The position numbers and the translations under genes are program-made. Positions 10,104-24,664 of a DNA stretch of 64,000 nt are shown one piece after another. This stretch comes from Nitrospirota bacterium (GTDB lineage Bacteria > Nitrospirota > UBA9217): positions 128,001 through 192,000 of the forward strand of contig CAWJQQ010000005.1 of the NCBI GenBank assembly GCA_963845065.1, written 5' to 3'. The notes below the pieces were generated by a model. It was not told the origin of the DNA. It saw nothing but the letters and a program-made list of their open reading frames with translations, and searched no databases. Numbering within the stretch: position 1 is the stretch's first letter; each line of letters starts with the position of its first letter.

Positions 10104-10193
10104 TGGCGGAGAGGCCGGGATTCGAACCCGGGGTGGAGTCACCCCCACAACTGCTTAGCAGGCAGCTGCCTTCAGCCGCTCGGCCACCTCTCC
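10104..10193 (-). tRNA. tRNA-Ser(GCT)
   Basis: Long variable arm, loop CT-GCT-AA, CCA end. Confidence 0.96.
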
Positions 10194-10305
10194 TTTTGAC
10201 AACAATACTAGTCCAGCGCTCCGAGTACAAGGTTTGGATCCTGAAGAAGCGCAACTCTCCTCGATGAGGACTCTGTTCTAAATACCCTGAATGTATTTTT
10301 TATTC

Positions 10306-10391
<86 letters not shown>

Positions 10392-10461
10392 GAATAAATA
10401 CAGATGACAGAAGTCAAATATGGAAGAATTAAAGAACCGTCTCGCGACAGCTCTCTTTTCT

Positions 10462-11754
<1,293 letters not shown>

Positions 11755-11781
11755 TTACAGTATCATTCTCCTTTTCTGTTG

Positions 11782-12570
11782 TCAATAACTTTTCTTGACT
11801 ATCCTATGCTCAAGCGCCCTGATCTTGATCTGGATTGACTCCGGATTCGGGTAAAGGGGTTCGATCTCTTTATAGAGAGTGAGTGACTCGTTCAGTTTAT
11901 CGCCAAGCTCAAGGCACTCTGCGAGGGCGAATTTTGCCTTGATTACAAGTTCCTTGTCCTCGTTTTGTTCAAGGGCTTTTCGGTAAAATTGCTCGGCCTT
12001 GTCGAGTTCGCCTTTTGAAAAGGCGGCTGTACCTAGCCTGAAATAAGCAAGCCGCGATTGCTGCCCCGTCGGAAACTCCGATACCTGACGGGTCCAAGTA
12101 GCTCGTGCTTCTTCTATTTTGCCGACACGGAACAGACATTCGGCAAGACTATAAAGACTTTTCTCCTGCACCTCGCGGTTCGCATATTCCGTTGCTTTGC
12201 GGTATTCCGCAATTGCGCGATCATATTCACTATACCCCAATTCGTAAATCTGTGCGATATACCACTGTGCGTACGGGGCCATGTCGCGGTGCGGGTAGGT
12301 CTTCAAGAGCAGCCGCAACGTTTGGAGCGCCTTTTCGGTCTCTCCCAGATAGAGAAATTGTGTCACACCTGCCCAATAGAGCGCATCGTCCGCTTTTGAG
12401 CTATAGGGGTGCTCCTTGACGAGCGTAAGATACAGATTGACTGCTACCTGGTATTCACCTGCATTCCACCGTTTGGTCGCCGCCTCGTAGTCGCTGTTTG
12501 CGGACTTATCGAATACATCACATCCTGTCAGAAAGATCCCCAGCAGGAGGAGTATGAAAAGTTTATTCAT
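11782..12570 (-). CDS. TPR-repeat lipoprotein
   Basis: Lipobox LTGC and repeated TPR-like helices; ATGA overlap with gyrA. Confidence 0.75.
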   Translation of the reverse strand: MNKLFILLLLGIFLTGCDVFDKSANSDYEAATKRWNAGEYQVAVNLYLTLVKEHPYSSKADDALYWAGVTQFLYLGETEKALQTLRLLLKTYPHRDMAPYAQWYIAQIYELGYSEYDRAIAEYRKATEYANREVQEKSLYSLAECLFRVGKIEEARATWTRQVSEFPTGQQSRLAYFRLGTAAFSKGELDKAEQFYRKALEQNEDKELVIKAKFALAECLELGDKLNESLTLYKEIEPLYPNPESIQIKIRALEHRIVKKSY

Positions 12571-15059
12571 GATGTGCTGGTGTCCGGCTCGGCAGGTGGT
12601 TCCGTAACGGTCTTGTCCGCTACTATGTCTTTTTCATCTTCTCGCTCCACCAGTTTGGCAAAACTCACAACCTTGTCCCCTTCATCGATATCAAAGAGAC
12701 GTACCCCCTGCGTGTTTCTGCCCTGGACGGAAATATCCTTGGCTCGGATGCGCAGCACTTTGCCATTCGAAGTGATGAGTATGAGCTCGTCTTCTTCAGA
12801 CACTTGGGCCATACCGATGACCCTGCCGTTCCTTTCTGTTATTTTGATCGTAATGATGCCTCTGCCTCCGCGGCCCTGGCTACGATAGTCTTCCAACGTG
12901 CTACGCTTGCCATAACCATTCTCGGTTACCGTCAAAATCGTCGAATCTCCTCGAACAATCTCCATTCCCTTGACCTCATTGCTATCGTCAAGCCGAATGC
13001 CAATCACTCCTTTGCCGGTGCGGCCGATCTCGCGCACGTCGGTCTCGGAGAACCGTATCGAGAGACCATCCCTCGTTCCGAGGAACACATCCCGCTTACC
13101 GTCGGTGACTTCTGCGGAGATAAGCTCGTCGCCCTCCTCCAAGGTGATAGCGATGATTCCAGATGGGCGGGGATGGCTATACGATTCAAGTTCTGTCTTC
13201 TTGATAATGCCCTGCTTGGTCGCCATGAGAATAAAGTGGTCCGGTGTGAATGTGCGAATCGGAAGGGCCGCGGTCACACGTTCATCCTGAATGATTTGAA
13301 TCAGGTTCACGATGGCTTTGCCCTTTGCCTGCCTACCTGCTTCCGGAATCTGGTGAACTTTGAGCCAATATACTCGACCTTTGTTGGTAAAAAACAGTAT
13401 GTAGCTGTGAGCCGTCGCAGTAAAAAGCCGCTCTACGAAGTCCTCTTCCTTGGTCTCCATACCAATTTTGCCTTTTCCACCGCGCTTCTGTGCGCGATAG
13501 GTTGTAAGAGGGTTTCGCTTGATATAGCCAGCGTGCGAGATGGTGATCACCATCTCCTCGTCTTTGATCAGGTCTTCGATGTCAATTTCCGAGGTTTCTG
13601 CGACAATCTCAGTTCTGCGGGCATCACCATACTCGGCCTTCACAGCAAGAAGCTCATCCCTGATGATCTTCATTACGAGCGCCTCCGAGGCGAGGATCTC
13701 GTTCAAGCGCGCTATTTCATTGAGTGTCTCTTCATACTCAGCGATGATCTTATCCCGCTCGAGGCCTGTAAGTCGCTGCAACCGCATGTCGAGGATGGCC
13801 TGGGATTGGATCTCGGAAAGCTGGAATTCTCGCATGAGGCCCGTCTTTGCCTCGTTGGGATTGGCAGAAGCTTTGATAAGGGCAATAACCGCATCAAGAT
13901 TTTCGAGGGCAATTTTGAGACCGAGGAGGACATGGGCGCGTTCCTCGGCTTTCTTAAGGTCGTACTTGGTCCTCCGAACCACTACTTCTCGACGGTGCTG
14001 GATGAAGTTCGACAGGAGTTTTCGCAGATTCAGAACTCTTGGCTGGTTGTTCACGAGTGCCAGCATAATCACGCCGAAGGTTGACTGCATGGCCGTATGC
14101 TTGAACAATTGATTCAGAACGACGTTCGTTATCTCGCCTTTTTTGAGATCGATCGCGATCCGCATGCCTTCGCGGTCGGACTCATCTCGGATCTCGGAGA
14201 TGCCAGTGATCTTCTTTTCCTGGACAAGTTCGGCGATCCGCTCGAGCAGTCTGGCCTTATTCACTTGATAGGGAAGTTCGGTTACAATGATACTCTCGCG
14301 GTCTCCCTTGCCTTCCTCAATTGTCGCCCTGGCCCGCATTTGAACGATGCCTCGCCCCGTCATGTATGACTGTTTGATCCCTTCATAACCGTGAATAAAC
14401 CCCGAAGTCGGAAAATCTGGTCCTTTTATTGCCGTCATGAGCTCAGGAATCGAAACCTCGGGATTATCAATCATCATCACGAGCCCATCCACGACTTCGG
14501 ATAGGTTATGCGGGGGAATGTTCGTGGCCATGCCAACGGCAATCCCGGCGGAACCGTTGATCAAAAGGTTCGGCACCCGTGTTGGGAGCACTGTTGGTTC
14601 AAACGTGGTATCATCGAAGTTCGGAATGAAATCTACGGTCTCCTTATCGATGTCGGCTAGCAGCTCTTCGGCGAGTTTCGTAAGCCTTGCTTCCGTATAA
14701 CGATAAGCGGCGGCCGGGTCGCCGTCCACGGACCCGAAGTTGCCCTGCCCGTCCACGAGAATGTATCGCATATTGAAATCCTGCGCCATCCTAACCATGG
14801 TATCATAGACCGCACTGTCGCCGTGGGGATGATACTTTTTTAGCACCTCTCCCACTACACCGGCGCTCTTGGAATATTTCTTGTTATGAAGAAGACCTTC
14901 GCGAAACATGGCGTAGAGAATACGCCGGTGCACGGGTTTCAAGCCATCGCGCACGTCGGGGAGCGCACGTCCTACGATAACGCTCATGGAGTAGTCGAGG
15001 TAGGAGGTCTTCATCTCCTGTTCGATGTTGATCTGTGTTTTTATTTCCTGAGGTTCCAT
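12567..15059 (-). CDS. gyrA: DNA gyrase subunit A
   Basis: [29 protein letters not shown], GyrA box QKRGGKG. Confidence 0.98.
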   Translation of the reverse strand: MEPQEIKTQINIEQEMKTSYLDYSMSVIVGRALPDVRDGLKPVHRRILYAMFREGLLHNKKYSKSAGVVGEVLKKYHPHGDSAVYDTMVRMAQDFNMRYILVDGQGNFGSVDGDPAAAYRYTEARLTKLAEELLADIDKETVDFIPNFDDTTFEPTVLPTRVPNLLINGSAGIAVGMATNIPPHNLSEVVDGLVMMIDNPEVSIPELMTAIKGPDFPTSGFIHGYEGIKQSYMTGRGIVQMRARATIEEGKGDRESIIVTELPYQVNKARLLERIAELVQEKKITGISEIRDESDREGMRIAIDLKKGEITNVVLNQLFKHTAMQSTFGVIMLALVNNQPRVLNLRKLLSNFIQHRREVVVRRTKYDLKKAEERAHVLLGLKIALENLDAVIALIKASANPNEAKTGLMREFQLSEIQSQAILDMRLQRLTGLERDKIIAEYEETLNEIARLNEILASEALVMKIIRDELLAVKAEYGDARRTEIVAETSEIDIEDLIKDEEMVITISHAGYIKRNPLTTYRAQKRGGKGKIGMETKEEDFVERLFTATAHSYILFFTNKGRVYWLKVHQIPEAGRQAKGKAIVNLIQIIQDERVTAALPIRTFTPDHFILMATKQGIIKKTELESYSHPRPSGIIAITLEEGDELISAEVTDGKRDVFLGTRDGLSIRFSETDVREIGRTGKGVIGIRLDDSNEVKGMEIVRGDSTILTVTENGYGKRSTLEDYRSQGRGGRGIITIKITERNGRVIGMAQVSEEDELILITSNGKVLRIRAKDISVQGRNTQGVRLFDIDEGDKVVSFAKLVEREDEKDIVADKTVTEPPAEPDTSTS

Positions 15060-15141
15060 AGTATCTCAATTCAATTTAGCTTTGCTGCAGAAAACATGAA
15101 TCACGACGCCTTAAATTATCTGTCTTCTATGCTTTGTTCTG

Positions 15142-17589
<2,448 letters not shown>

Positions 17590-17702
17590 TCACTACGCAA
17601 ATAAAATGTAGGAAATTTGATATTGAAAGAATGTAAGAGTATCGTCAAATAATTTTATTTTTTCAATTTACAATATTCAATTCGCCATTTAGAAAATGGT
17701 GT

Positions 17703-18818
17703 CTACACTCTCATGGGCATCACAACACACTTGTAGTGCTCATCGCCCTCTTCTGTAATCAAGCATGGGCTCAGGGAATCGTTGAGCTCCAAAGCTATCT
17801 GCTGCCGATCCATGGATGAAAGCACGTCCATGAGATAGCGTGAATTAAATCCAATTGCCACCCCTTCGCCCTTGTAGTCCACAGTAAGTTCTTCTGTCGC
17901 CTCGCCTACTTCCGGGTTATTGGTGGACAAAATGAGCCGGTCCTTTTCGAGCTGGAGCTTAACCGCATTCGTCTTTTCCTTGGACAGAATTGAAACTCGC
18001 TTTACGGCGTGTGTGAAAACGTCTTTTGACACAGTCACTTTCTTAGTACTCTTAGCAGGCACGACCTGCTGATAGTTCGGATAGTTACCATCGATGAGCT
18101 TCGAGACCATGACGAGCCCGTCGCGTTTGAACAGTGCGTGGTTTTTGCTGAAGCCCAATCGAAGTTCGGCCTTTGGAGTATCCTCCTCAAGAATCTTCCT
18201 GAGCTCCATCATCGCTTTCTTAGGTATGATAAGGCTTTCTTCCTTGTGCTTGGCGTCGACTATGCGGTCGATCATCGAAAGCCTATGGCCGTCTGTGCCG
18301 ACCATGCGGATATTGAGGCCTCCCTTAGTCTGGGACATGTGCACGAACAGGCCGTTCAACACGTAGCGGGCATCGTTCTCCCCTACAGAGAACAGTGTCT
18401 TCTTGATCATGTCGCGTAGGGTATCACCGTCGATGACAATCATCCCCTCTTCCGCAACATCGGGGAGCGCGGGATATTCGTCCTTCGGCAACCCTACGAG
18501 CTTGAATTGAGATTGGCCGGAGATAATCTTGACCCAATTACTGTCTTCGACCCTGATTTGCACGTCTTCTGCCGGAAGCTCACGAACAATCTCATACATC
18601 TTCTTGGCAGACACAGTGACTGCACCGGGTTTTTCGACCTCGGCTACGTAATGACCGCGCAACCCGATCTCGAGATCCGTGGCGACAATTTCAACACTGT
18701 TGGCCTCTGCCGTGAGGAGCATGTTAGAGAGAATGGGCATAGTATTCTTTTTTTCAACAACGCCCTGGATTCTCTGCAGCCCCTTCAAGATTTCTTCTTT
18801 CTTGATAGTCAATTTCAT
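17703..18818 (-). CDS. dnaN: DNA polymerase III beta clamp
   Basis: ATDLEI, GTDGHRL, GFNSRY, terminal VMPMRV. Confidence 0.97.
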   Translation of the reverse strand: MKLTIKKEEILKGLQRIQGVVEKKNTMPILSNMLLTAEANSVEIVATDLEIGLRGHYVAEVEKPGAVTVSAKKMYEIVRELPAEDVQIRVEDSNWVKIISGQSQFKLVGLPKDEYPALPDVAEEGMIVIDGDTLRDMIKKTLFSVGENDARYVLNGLFVHMSQTKGGLNIRMVGTDGHRLSMIDRIVDAKHKEESLIIPKKAMMELRKILEEDTPKAELRLGFSKNHALFKRDGLVMVSKLIDGNYPNYQQVVPAKSTKKVTVSKDVFTHAVKRVSILSKEKTNAVKLQLEKDRLILSTNNPEVGEATEELTVDYKGEGVAIGFNSRYLMDVLSSMDRQQIALELNDSLSPCLITEEGDEHYKCVVMPMRV

Positions 18819-18904
18819 CGGGGAAGCCTCCTGTCACAACTTTGTATGTTAACAGAAATACTGTTAAATAGCAATAAATTAATTTCTGGTTTTATCTATT
18901 AGTT

Positions 18905-20233
18905 TCAGTGTTTTAACTGCCTAATTAACATCTCCATTTTGGCCTTTAATTCGGGATCTTTTTCTTTTTTTTCCTCTATGACTTTGCAGGCATGAATTAC
19001 CGTGCTGTGATCTTTACCTCCGAAAAAATTTCCAATTTCCGGTAGCGAAGCATTAGCAAAATTACGACACAGGTACATTGCCACTTGCCGCGGCAACACG
19101 ACGGCCTTGGTACGGCGCTTCGACTTTAGGTCCGAAATCTTGACACCAAAAGATTCGGCCACAATCTTCTGCACGAGTTCATTAGTAATTATTTTTTCCC
19201 TGTTGTCGAGCAGATACTTGAGCTCGTTTTTGGCCAGCTCCTGCGTGATTTCCGTATTGGTAAGCGAAGAGACCGCACCGAGCTTGACGAGTCCTCCTTC
19301 AAGCTCACGGATGTTGCCTTTCATCATGGAAGCTAAGAATTGTGCGACATCGTCGGGCAAACGGATACTCCAGAAAGCAGCCTTCTTCCGGAGAATGGCT
19401 ATCCTCGTCTCCAGGTCCGGCGGCTGAATGTCCGAGATTAATCCCGACTCGAACCGCGATCGGAGTCGCTCCTCGATATCCGGAATCTCCTTGGGCTGGC
19501 GATCACTGGTGAGCACGATCTGTTTCTGTGCTTCATAAAGGGCGTTAAACGTGTGAAAGAACTCTTCCTGCGTCCGCTCTTTTCCAGCGATAAACTGAAT
19601 GTCATCGATGAGGAGGATATCCATGTTCCGGTACTTCTGCCGGAACTCCTCCATGCGTTGATGGGTCATGCGGTTAATCAGTTCGTTCGTGAACTGTTCT
19701 GAAGACAGGTATGCCACTTTCATTCTCGGCGATTTGCTTTGAACATGATGTCCGATGGCGTTGATGAGATGAGTCTTGCCTAACCCCACGCCGCTGTAGA
19801 TGAACAGAGGATTGTACGCTCTTCCCGGCGCGTCCGCCACGGCCTTGGCCGCGGCATGCGCGAACTGGTTGCTCGGCCCGACAACAAAGGTGTCGAAGGT
19901 GTATTTTTTTTCGAAGAGACCGATTTTCTCTTCACGCCCTTCTTTGTTCTCTTCTTTGGTCTGGCGGGCCGCTTTCTTCGCCGCCTTGGGTTGAACAAAA
20001 AAATCTATTTCCATATCATCCCGCTTGGTTACTTCTCGGATGACTTCGGTCAAAGTACTCCAGTGATGCTCTTTAAGCCAGTCACGGTGAAATTTACTCG
20101 GAACCTCTATCAGCAGCCGATTGCCATCAATGGAAAATAGTTTCGCCTGGCTGAACCAGGTATCATAACCCTGCTTAGACATTCGCTTTTCTAACAATTG
20201 ATGAATTTCTTCCCAGACTCTTTCTTGATCCAT
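18905..20233 (-). CDS. dnaA: Replication initiator DnaA
   Basis: YNPLFIY, GLGKTHL, IDDIQF, RLRSRF, GGKDHSTV. Confidence 0.98.
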   Translation of the reverse strand: MDQERVWEEIHQLLEKRMSKQGYDTWFSQAKLFSIDGNRLLIEVPSKFHRDWLKEHHWSTLTEVIREVTKRDDMEIDFFVQPKAAKKAARQTKEENKEGREEKIGLFEKKYTFDTFVVGPSNQFAHAAAKAVADAPGRAYNPLFIYSGVGLGKTHLINAIGHHVQSKSPRMKVAYLSSEQFTNELINRMTHQRMEEFRQKYRNMDILLIDDIQFIAGKERTQEEFFHTFNALYEAQKQIVLTSDRQPKEIPDIEERLRSRFESGLISDIQPPDLETRIAILRKKAAFWSIRLPDDVAQFLASMMKGNIRELEGGLVKLGAVSSLTNTEITQELAKNELKYLLDNREKIITNELVQKIVAESFGVKISDLKSKRRTKAVVLPRQVAMYLCRNFANASLPEIGNFFGGKDHSTVIHACKVIEEKKEKDPELKAKMEMLIRQLKH

Positions 20234-20280
20234 ACTTTACCCCAAAATACCCATAAAAACGGCTCTAGTTACAAACATTC

Positions 20281-20300
20281 TTATCCACACCTGTGGACAA
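20281..20300. promoter_or_regulatory. Pair of DnaA boxes in the dnaA leader
   Basis: TTATCCACA (20281-20289) and inverted TGTGGACAA (20292-20300). Confidence 0.85.
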
Positions 20301-20469
20301 CGCATTTTCTGTTGTTTTTTCTGAATGTTATGGTCTCGTTCGGAGGCTTATTGTCCGCTTTTCGAAGCCCTATTTTGCGTGATTTCTTACAGCCCTCGAA
20401 AATCGTATTAAGCATGCATCTTGCAAAAGAATAGGGGGGCCACTTAGGGCGCCTTGTCCAGCGGGCGAG

Positions 20470-20514
20470 ACTATACCAGAACCAGACTCCGCTGGCAAGG
20501 AATTTTTATCCACT
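20470..20514 (-). promoter_or_regulatory. Sigma70-type dnaA promoter with adjacent DnaA box
   Basis: Minus strand TTGCCA-N17-TATAGT; TTATCCACT at 20506-20514. Confidence 0.6.
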
Positions 20515-20674
20515 TACTGACGTATTTAACGTCGCTGAATTCGTGTTCTGAGGGAATAATGAGCAACTGCTTGAACTTCGCTGCATCCAGCGTTATTCAA
20601 AAGATTAACACTGCCCGCTCGTCAGATCGTTTGATCACTTTATTGACATCTCGATTTCGATGTTTAAAAATTGC

Positions 20675-20745
20675 TTGACTTTGCAACTATGGAGCCGTAT
20701 AATAAAACGCTTGTTTCAATGAACAAATTTTAAAAAATGTTCATT
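20675..20745 (+). promoter_or_regulatory. Sigma70 promoter and palindromic operator upstream of tusA
   Basis: TTGACT-N17-TATAAT (20675-20703); inverted repeat AATGAACA-N12-TGTTCATT (20718-20745). Confidence 0.7.
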
Positions 20746-20781
20746 CTGACAGATGATATCCATTTCAGGAGGTGACCGAAT

Positions 20782-21024
20782 ATGTCGGCAGATGTGAAAG
20801 CAGATCAGATTCTCGATGCAAAAGGTTTAAGCTGTCCTCTCCCCATTTTGAAGACAAAAAAAGCAGTTGAGGCATTATCAAAAGACCAGGTTTTAAAAGT
20901 AGAGACAACTGATCCGGGCTCGAAGAATGATATGGCTTCCTGGGCAAAAAGAACGGGTAACGAAATTTTGAAAGTTGAAGAGGGGTCGGGTACATTCACA
21001 TTTTATATCAAAAAAACTGCATAA
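20782..21024 (+). CDS. tusA: TusA/SirA-family sulfur carrier
   Basis: LDAKGLSCPLP motif, TTDPGS..D. Confidence 0.9.
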   Translation: MSADVKADQILDAKGLSCPLPILKTKKAVEALSKDQVLKVETTDPGSKNDMASWAKRTGNEILKVEEGSGTFTFYIKKTA

Positions 21025-21034
21025 GGAGAATTTC

Positions 21035-21508
21035 ATGGCAAACAAAAAAATGACAATTATTGCGTCGAAGGGTTCGCTCGACATGGCTTATCCTCCTCTG
21101 ATTCTTGCCACCACAGCTGCAGCCATGGACGTTGATGTGACGATTTTTTTTACGTTCTACGGACTTGACATCATAAAAAAGGGCAATGCCGATAAACTAA
21201 AAATTTCGCCCATTGGAAATCCGGCCATGCCAATGCCAGTTCCAATCCCCACGCTCGTCGGGTCACTTCCCGGAATGGAGGCAGTGGCAACGGCGATGAT
21301 GAAGTCCATGTTCAACAAGCATGGCGTTGCATCGATCGGACAGTTACTCGATCTTGCCAAGGAGGCTGGAGTGAAACTCATCGCTTGCCAGATGACTATG
21401 GATGTGATGGGAGTCAAGCAGTCGGACATCGTCGATGGGGTAGAGTTCGGCGGCGCGGCCACGTGGCTGGATCAGGCTTCTGACGCACAAATCAACCTTT
21501 TCATCTAG
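21035..21508 (+). CDS. DsrE2-like (DsrE/DsrF/DrsH family) sulfurtransferase
   Basis: KGSLDMAYPPLILA, FFTFYGL, IACQMTMDVMG. Confidence 0.85.
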   Translation: MANKKMTIIASKGSLDMAYPPLILATTAAAMDVDVTIFFTFYGLDIIKKGNADKLKISPIGNPAMPMPVPIPTLVGSLPGMEAVATAMMKSMFNKHGVASIGQLLDLAKEAGVKLIACQMTMDVMGVKQSDIVDGVEFGGAATWLDQASDAQINLFI

Positions 21509-21524
21509 TCTCTCCGCAATTATA

Positions 21525-21660
21525 GTGAATTACCCCACAGCAAAGCTGCGGGTCTTCTTAACTTGAAATTTTAAAAAAACACAACTATAGTAGCTAAAGG
21601 TTCATCCTGATTTCGTCAGGATGTCTTTTTCATCCCAGCAGCACTGCTGCTGGGTATTGC
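21525..21660. mobile_element. Putative non-autonomous IS200/IS605-type miniature element (PATE-like)
   Basis: Left hairpin GAATTACCCCACAGCAAAGCTGCGGGT and right hairpin TTCATCCCAGCAGCACTGCTGCTGGGTATT are similar to each other, with no ORF between them. Confidence 0.55.
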
Positions 21661-21673
21661 AGGACGATCTTAT

Positions 21674-21707
21674 AAAAAACCGGTACTTTTTGAAGACCGG
21701 TTTTTTT
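21674..21707 (+). terminator. Intrinsic terminator
   Basis: AAAAAACCGGT-N11-ACCGGTTTTTT. Confidence 0.7.
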
Positions 21708-21772
21708 ATTTGCTGCTCTGTTTCTTCTCTTCTGGACATTTTTTCTTATTTGTGTTAAAACGTCCTCAATCT

Positions 21773-22117
21773 ATGATAATCCCCGATGATCTAAAATACG
21801 ATGAAAAAGGGCTTATTCCTGCTGTTATTCAGGACTGGCAAAATAATGAAGTTTTGATGGTAGCTTACATGAACGCAGAATCACTGAGAAAAACGGTCAA
21901 CACCGGTTTCACTTGGTTCTGGAGCCGTTCCCGCCATAAGTTCTGGCAAAAAGGAGAGACGTCCGGGCATGTCCAGCGCGTCAAGGATATTCTTTATGAC
22001 TGCGATCAGGACACACTCCTTATTAAGGTTGAACAGACCGGCCCGGCCTGTCATACCGGTTCTCGTTGCTGTTTTTTTAGAAGTTTTTCTGATTATCCGG
22101 CAGGAGAAAAAGCGTGA
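21773..22117 (+). CDS. hisI: Phosphoribosyl-AMP cyclohydrolase
   Basis: WSRSR..W.KGETSG, DCDQD, ACHTG..CF. Confidence 0.93.
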   Translation: MIIPDDLKYDEKGLIPAVIQDWQNNEVLMVAYMNAESLRKTVNTGFTWFWSRSRHKFWQKGETSGHVQRVKDILYDCDQDTLLIKVEQTGPACHTGSRCCFFRSFSDYPAGEKA

Positions 22118-22467
22118 GCGTTAATCAGCTCTGCATTTTCTGCAAAATAATTGAAAAAAAGGTCCCGTCTAAAATAGTGTTCGAAGATAACATGGTCATC
22201 GCATTCGAGGACGTTAATCCTCAAGCGCCCTTCCATTTACTTGTTGTTCCCAAGAAACACATCCCAGAGATCCACAGCATGTCCGAGGCAGACCGGGAAC
22301 TCGTTGGCCATCTATTCTTCACTGCGAAAAAGATCGCAGTTGAAAAAGGACTGGATGTAAGGGGCTACCGCATGGTCATCAACAATGGTGCCGACGCGGG
22401 CCAGACCGTGTTCCATGTCCACCTCCATATTCTTTCCGGGCGCCGTTTCTCCTGGCCTCCTGGTTAA
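22114..22467 (+). CDS. hinT: Histidine triad (HINT) nucleotide-binding protein
   Basis: [21 protein letters not shown], terminal WPPG. Confidence 0.92.
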   Translation: MSVNQLCIFCKIIEKKVPSKIVFEDNMVIAFEDVNPQAPFHLLVVPKKHIPEIHSMSEADRELVGHLFFTAKKIAVEKGLDVRGYRMVINNGADAGQTVFHVHLHILSGRRFSWPPG

Positions 22468-22469
22468 TA

Positions 22470-24271
22470 CCTGAATCCTGCACGCTGATGGAGTGAAAAA
22501 GATAAAACCATACAGGTTACACTGATATAATGCGGTTATCTCGCGAACAACCCATGATATCAGGAGGTAACCCATATGGTTAAACGACAAAAGAAGCATA
22601 GCGCGAAAAACGGCATGAATCAAGGTCAAAATGAAGGCCATTCGGAACCCGCTAAAATCAGCCCTAATACGCGCTACGAGTATTGCAGTGAACGGCTTTC
22701 ACCCTTCGGCGGACTGCTGGCGTTAGAGAAGTTCATGGACGCGGTAAAGTTCCAGGAGGTTTTCGAGGGATTTTATCAGCCACCAGGCCGCACGCCGGAC
22801 CAGGGACATTATAAAGCAGTGTATGGGATTCTGGTGTTGCTTTTCATTGGATTCACGCGGCTGTGGCATTTTCAATACATACAAACGGATCCAATGGTGT
22901 GCGCCCTGTTCGGCGTGTCCAAGTTGCCGCACGTGACGACTTACTGGCGATACGTTGCGTCCTTGGGCATCAATCAAGGGAAGTCGCTGCTTTTGGTGAT
23001 GGCGGCGCTACGAGAACGGGTCTGGAAATTGTGCGAGATCAGCTACAGCGTCATCCATGTTAATCTTGATACGACAGTTGAGACCATCTTTGGCGATCAG
23101 GAAGGCGGCCGCAAGGGACACAATACCCGGTACCGGGGAAAAAAGGGATTTCGTCCTGTCCTGGGTTTCATTGAGGAGACGCGAGAGTATCTTGTCGGAA
23201 AGCTTCGCAAGGGCGCGACCATCTCTGGCAAAGAAGTCGCGGAGGTGATCAAGAGCATCAAGAAATACCTTCCTGCTTGTGTCAAAAAGGTGATTCTTCG
23301 AGGTGACGGCGAGTTCATCAGTTGGGATGCGGTTAAAGCTGCGGAAGACGAAAGGCACATGTACATCTTCGGCAATAAAGGATGCAAGCCGCCCTTTGAT
23401 TCCAAGATGTGGTACAAGGTGCACAAAATCGATAGCGTAGAATACAATGAGTGCTGGTATAAACCGACGGGATGGCCGGGAGAACGCCGTTTCGTCTCAA
23501 TGCGTATTCCGGGAAAGAAATCAGGCAAGGGAGACACGCAGCTTGAGCTTTTGGAAGACGGTGGTTTTACGTATCGGCAATTTGTCACCAATCATCCAGG
23601 CAAGTCTCATCAGGCTATCAGCGAGTATGACAAGCGGGCAGATTGCGAGAACCAGATCGGCGAAGTAAAGCGAGAGGGACTGTCGGCTATTCCCACGCGT
23701 CGGTTCATGAACAACTACGCATATTTTCAGATCGTTCTTTTGGCCTACAACAGTTGGAGATCGTTCAAGATGCTCGCAGAATTCAGCGAGAAGCAGAAAC
23801 GCACTCAAGATAACGCGGCAGTCACCGCCTTGAGCGGCATTCAGGACAACACCATCAAAATCGCTCGGTTGAAGCTGCTCATGATCGCGACAAAGCTGGT
23901 CATGAGCGGCAATACGACGAAGGCGCGGTACTCCGAACACGACAACAGGGTAGCAGGACTCTTTAGCTTCATGGAGCATCTTGATCAGCTACGCAATCAG
24001 GTGCGCCCGTGGCTTGATGGCGGTCAGTGGCAATGCCGGCACATGGAGGTTATGAGGCTGCAACCCGCTGAAAATTCTTCATGATGCAATTGTGCAAGAA
24101 ATTTCTTGCACAATATAGGCTGAGAAGCTTGGAATTGTGCTTTTCTGCCTTATGCGATGAGGAATGCGGCAGTTAAGATGAAATGAAAGCTGTCGAAGGG
24201 TAAGCGGAAGATGCGGGAATCAAAACAAACCCGACGAGTCGGGGGAACTACGTTTTGATGCAAGATTCAGG
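22470..24271 (+). mobile_element. Complete IS1380-family insertion sequence (1802 bp)
   Basis: Terminal inverted repeats CCTGAATCcTGCA / TGCAaGATTCAGG; TAATA duplicated on both flanks (22465-22469 and 24272-24276). Confidence 0.92.
22576..24084 (+). CDS. IS1380-family DDE transposase
   Basis: SPFGGL, LDTTVE..G.QEG, LRGDGEF, Y..RA.CEN.I.E.K, N.AYFQ...LAYN. Confidence 0.9.
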   Translation: MVKRQKKHSAKNGMNQGQNEGHSEPAKISPNTRYEYCSERLSPFGGLLALEKFMDAVKFQEVFEGFYQPPGRTPDQGHYKAVYGILVLLFIGFTRLWHFQYIQTDPMVCALFGVSKLPHVTTYWRYVASLGINQGKSLLLVMAALRERVWKLCEISYSVIHVNLDTTVETIFGDQEGGRKGHNTRYRGKKGFRPVLGFIEETREYLVGKLRKGATISGKEVAEVIKSIKKYLPACVKKVILRGDGEFISWDAVKAAEDERHMYIFGNKGCKPPFDSKMWYKVHKIDSVEYNECWYKPTGWPGERRFVSMRIPGKKSGKGDTQLELLEDGGFTYRQFVTNHPGKSHQAISEYDKRADCENQIGEVKREGLSAIPTRRFMNNYAYFQIVLLAYNSWRSFKMLAEFSEKQKRTQDNAAVTALSGIQDNTIKIARLKLLMIATKLVMSGNTTKARYSEHDNRVAGLFSFMEHLDQLRNQVRPWLDGGQWQCRHMEVMRLQPAENSS

Positions 24272-24283
24272 TAATAACAACAA

Positions 24284-24500
24284 TGTGTTGATTATCATCT
24301 AACAATATGTGCATAAATCCTATGATACTGTTATGCACATTGATATCCGCACAAATTAACAGACAAGAGCATAACTTTTTCTCTCCCTTTTTCGATTCTG
24401 TTTCAAACTGTTTCCCATTGTTCCAACATATTCACAGCGCCTACTACTACTATTACTATTTTATAATATATATATTAATAATAGATTATTAGATTACATG
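24284..24500 (+). other. Probable oriC DNA-unwinding module (DnaA boxes, DnaA-trios, AT-rich DUE)
   Basis: TGTGCATAA (24308), TTATGCACA (24331), tandem degenerate boxes GTTCCAACA/ATATTCACA (24420-24436), GCGCC, TACTACTACTATTACTAT, then TTTATAATATATATATTAATAATA. Confidence 0.8.
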
Positions 24501-24664
24501 ATTGTAGATAACCGTAATTTCAAGACCCCGAATGTTCATATCATGAATCAAAAATAAAAAGTAATTAGATATGTGCGGTTAAAACTGCTGTCTTTGAAAT
24601 CAAACCGATAGAACCTATTCGGGTTCATATTTTTTATACCCACAAGCATCGAAGGAGGAACTTT

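Noticed and set aside
12804..14084. 426-aa ORF antisense to gyrA, and many similar shadow ORFs opposite gyrB, dnaX, RACo and purL
   Set aside because: Fully antisense to conserved genes, with no recognisable motifs; expected from codon bias
18819..18904. dnaA-dnaN gap as oriC
   Set aside because: Only 86 bp; AT-rich but without DnaA boxes or trios
24307..24492. 61-aa ORF with a poly-Tyr run
   Set aside because: Translation of the DnaA-trio/AT-rich origin tract
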